Assembly: GCF_006345805.1 (NCBI RefSeq)
Contig: NW_021834314.1
Coordinates: forward strand, 1 to 50,019
Reading direction: 5' to 3'
Source of the DNA: Octopus sinensis
Taxonomy: Eukaryota
DNA: 50,019 nt
Shown: positions 48,531-50,019 of the stretch, in pieces
How positions within the stretch are numbered: position 1 is the stretch's first letter
Layout of the letters: every line of letters begins with the position of its first letter
Made by a program: the position numbers and the translations under genes
Notes under the pieces: generated by a model
Told to the model about the DNA's origin: nothing
Seen by the model: only the letters and a program-made list of their open reading frames with translations
Databases searched by the model: none

Positions 48531-49943
48531 CCACTGCCACCACCATCATCATCTTCTTCTTTATCACCACCACCACCACTACCACCACTACCATCATCAT
48601 CATCATCATCATTTGTATTGACTATCTATTATTGTAGAGTGATTTTTACATATATTGTATTTGCCGAGAGAATGAAGCACAAATAAGTAAAGAAGTAAAA
48701 GAAGTAAGAGAAGTAAGAGAAATGATGATTTTTCAAGGACGGACGAGAAGGAAATAAAACGCCAAAAACACCAAAAAAAAAAGAAAAAAAAAAGAAAAGA
48801 AAAGAAGAAAAAAAATTTCCTATAAAATATCAAATGAACAACAGAAAAAAAAACATAGGTAAACGAAATGAAAAGAAAACTAAACGAGGGACAAAAAAAC
48901 AACAAAAAAAATATGCAGAAGAAATTTCCACTTAGATATGCAATGATTTGAATAACCTGTTACTTTCCAGAAAGCATGCTCACTCATTTTCTCCATCCCA
49001 CACAAAGATATTCATACACACACACACACACACACACGAGCGCATACACTCTCTCTGCTATACTGTCATGGCTTAGCAACAGAGCATGTGTGTGAATCCG
49101 CTGGGATTGGTCCCAGCTATAATGCACAATGATTTCTGGATTAATCTATTACCTTATCCAAAGATTACCCCCGCAGACACACACACACATAAAGAAGACA
49201 CCTTTACCTTTCTGCACGGGCTGCAAGCGTGGCTGTGTGGTTAGAAGTTCGTTTTGCTTCTTAAACTATGAGGTCCCAAGTTCAGTCCCATTGCAAAGCA
49301 CCTTGCAAGGACACAGCCCCAGGATCAAGCAATACCTTATTGTGAGTGAATTTTGGAGGCAGAAAGTGTATGAAAGCCCATTTGGCTTAGTGGTTAGGAC
49401 ATTCAACTCCTGATCATAACATTGTGAGTTCAATTCCTGGTGATGCATTCTGCCCTTGAGCAAGATGCTCAGATTCTCAACTAATTTCAGTTCTCAACTA
49501 ATTTCTTTCTTGGTTTGTTAGTGTATAGTTGAAGGTTGGCTTTGATCATGAAGACCTTATGATCCAAAAGTATTCAAGCAGGACCATCCTGTATATTTGT
49601 ATGTTAGGATCCAAATAAAGTTGTGGCCAGAAAAACCAACAGCAGGGTCATTAATTTGAGGGAAATTTGGCTGATATTTCTATTGGCTTGAGAAGCATCA
49701 TGAAGACCTCATTGTTGGTTTGGCTCTCTCATGAGCCAATAAAAACTAAGCACACACATTCTTGGAGCCATCACTAGCTCATTCCTCTCTGTTCACTGCA
49801 GATCCTCTTGTGTTCTCAGCATGAGTTTCACAACTTTACAGCAACACACTTCATGGTACACCATATTTAATACAATATCCTTCTACCATTTTCATTTATA
49901 GGAGGGAGTGGAGAGGGAAGGAGAGGGAAGGGAGGGAAAGAAG

Positions 49944-50019
49944 AGGCGTATGGCATAGTGGTTAAGAGCGCGGGCTACTAACCCTAAGATTCCGAATTCG
50001 ATCCAAGCAGTGACCTGAA
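49944..50019 (+). mobile_element. tRNA-like SINE head (runs off the window end)
   Basis: A-box tggcatagtgg, loop ctactaa, degenerate B-box gaattcgatcc. No acceptor-stem pairing is evident. Confidence 0.6.

Overview
This is eukaryotic, AT-rich DNA dominated by microsatellites and SINEs. I recognise the SINE families as octopus-type (from memory, not a database search). The window appears to be almost entirely intronic sequence of a minus-strand Ryk/Derailed-type receptor tyrosine kinase gene. Only one exon is supported: 19614-19741, 128 nt, canonical AG/GT, encoding the N-terminal part of the WIF domain (GITAELSYVRNGIINHHALSFNLPVATEINEIHFTWQSTKRDS). I found no flanking exons, which implies introns of >19.6 kb and >30 kb. 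The rest comprises dozens of tRNA-derived SINE copies from several families, 3' remnants of RTE, CR1 and R4/Dong-type LINEs, piggyBac-like TTAA MITEs, Penelope-like fragments, four long inverted repeats, and micro/minisatellites with higher-order structure. Nearly all ORFs in the supplied track are translation artefacts of these simple repeats. I see no convincing new biological system. The best leads are a 194-bp palindrome whose arms each carry a degenerate hammerhead-like motif, a pre-miRNA-like hairpin, nested MITE/SINE insertions, and a putative non-autonomous RTE derivative. Repeat boundaries were read by eye and are approximate unless a TSD or TIR is quoted. SINE family letters are my own labels.
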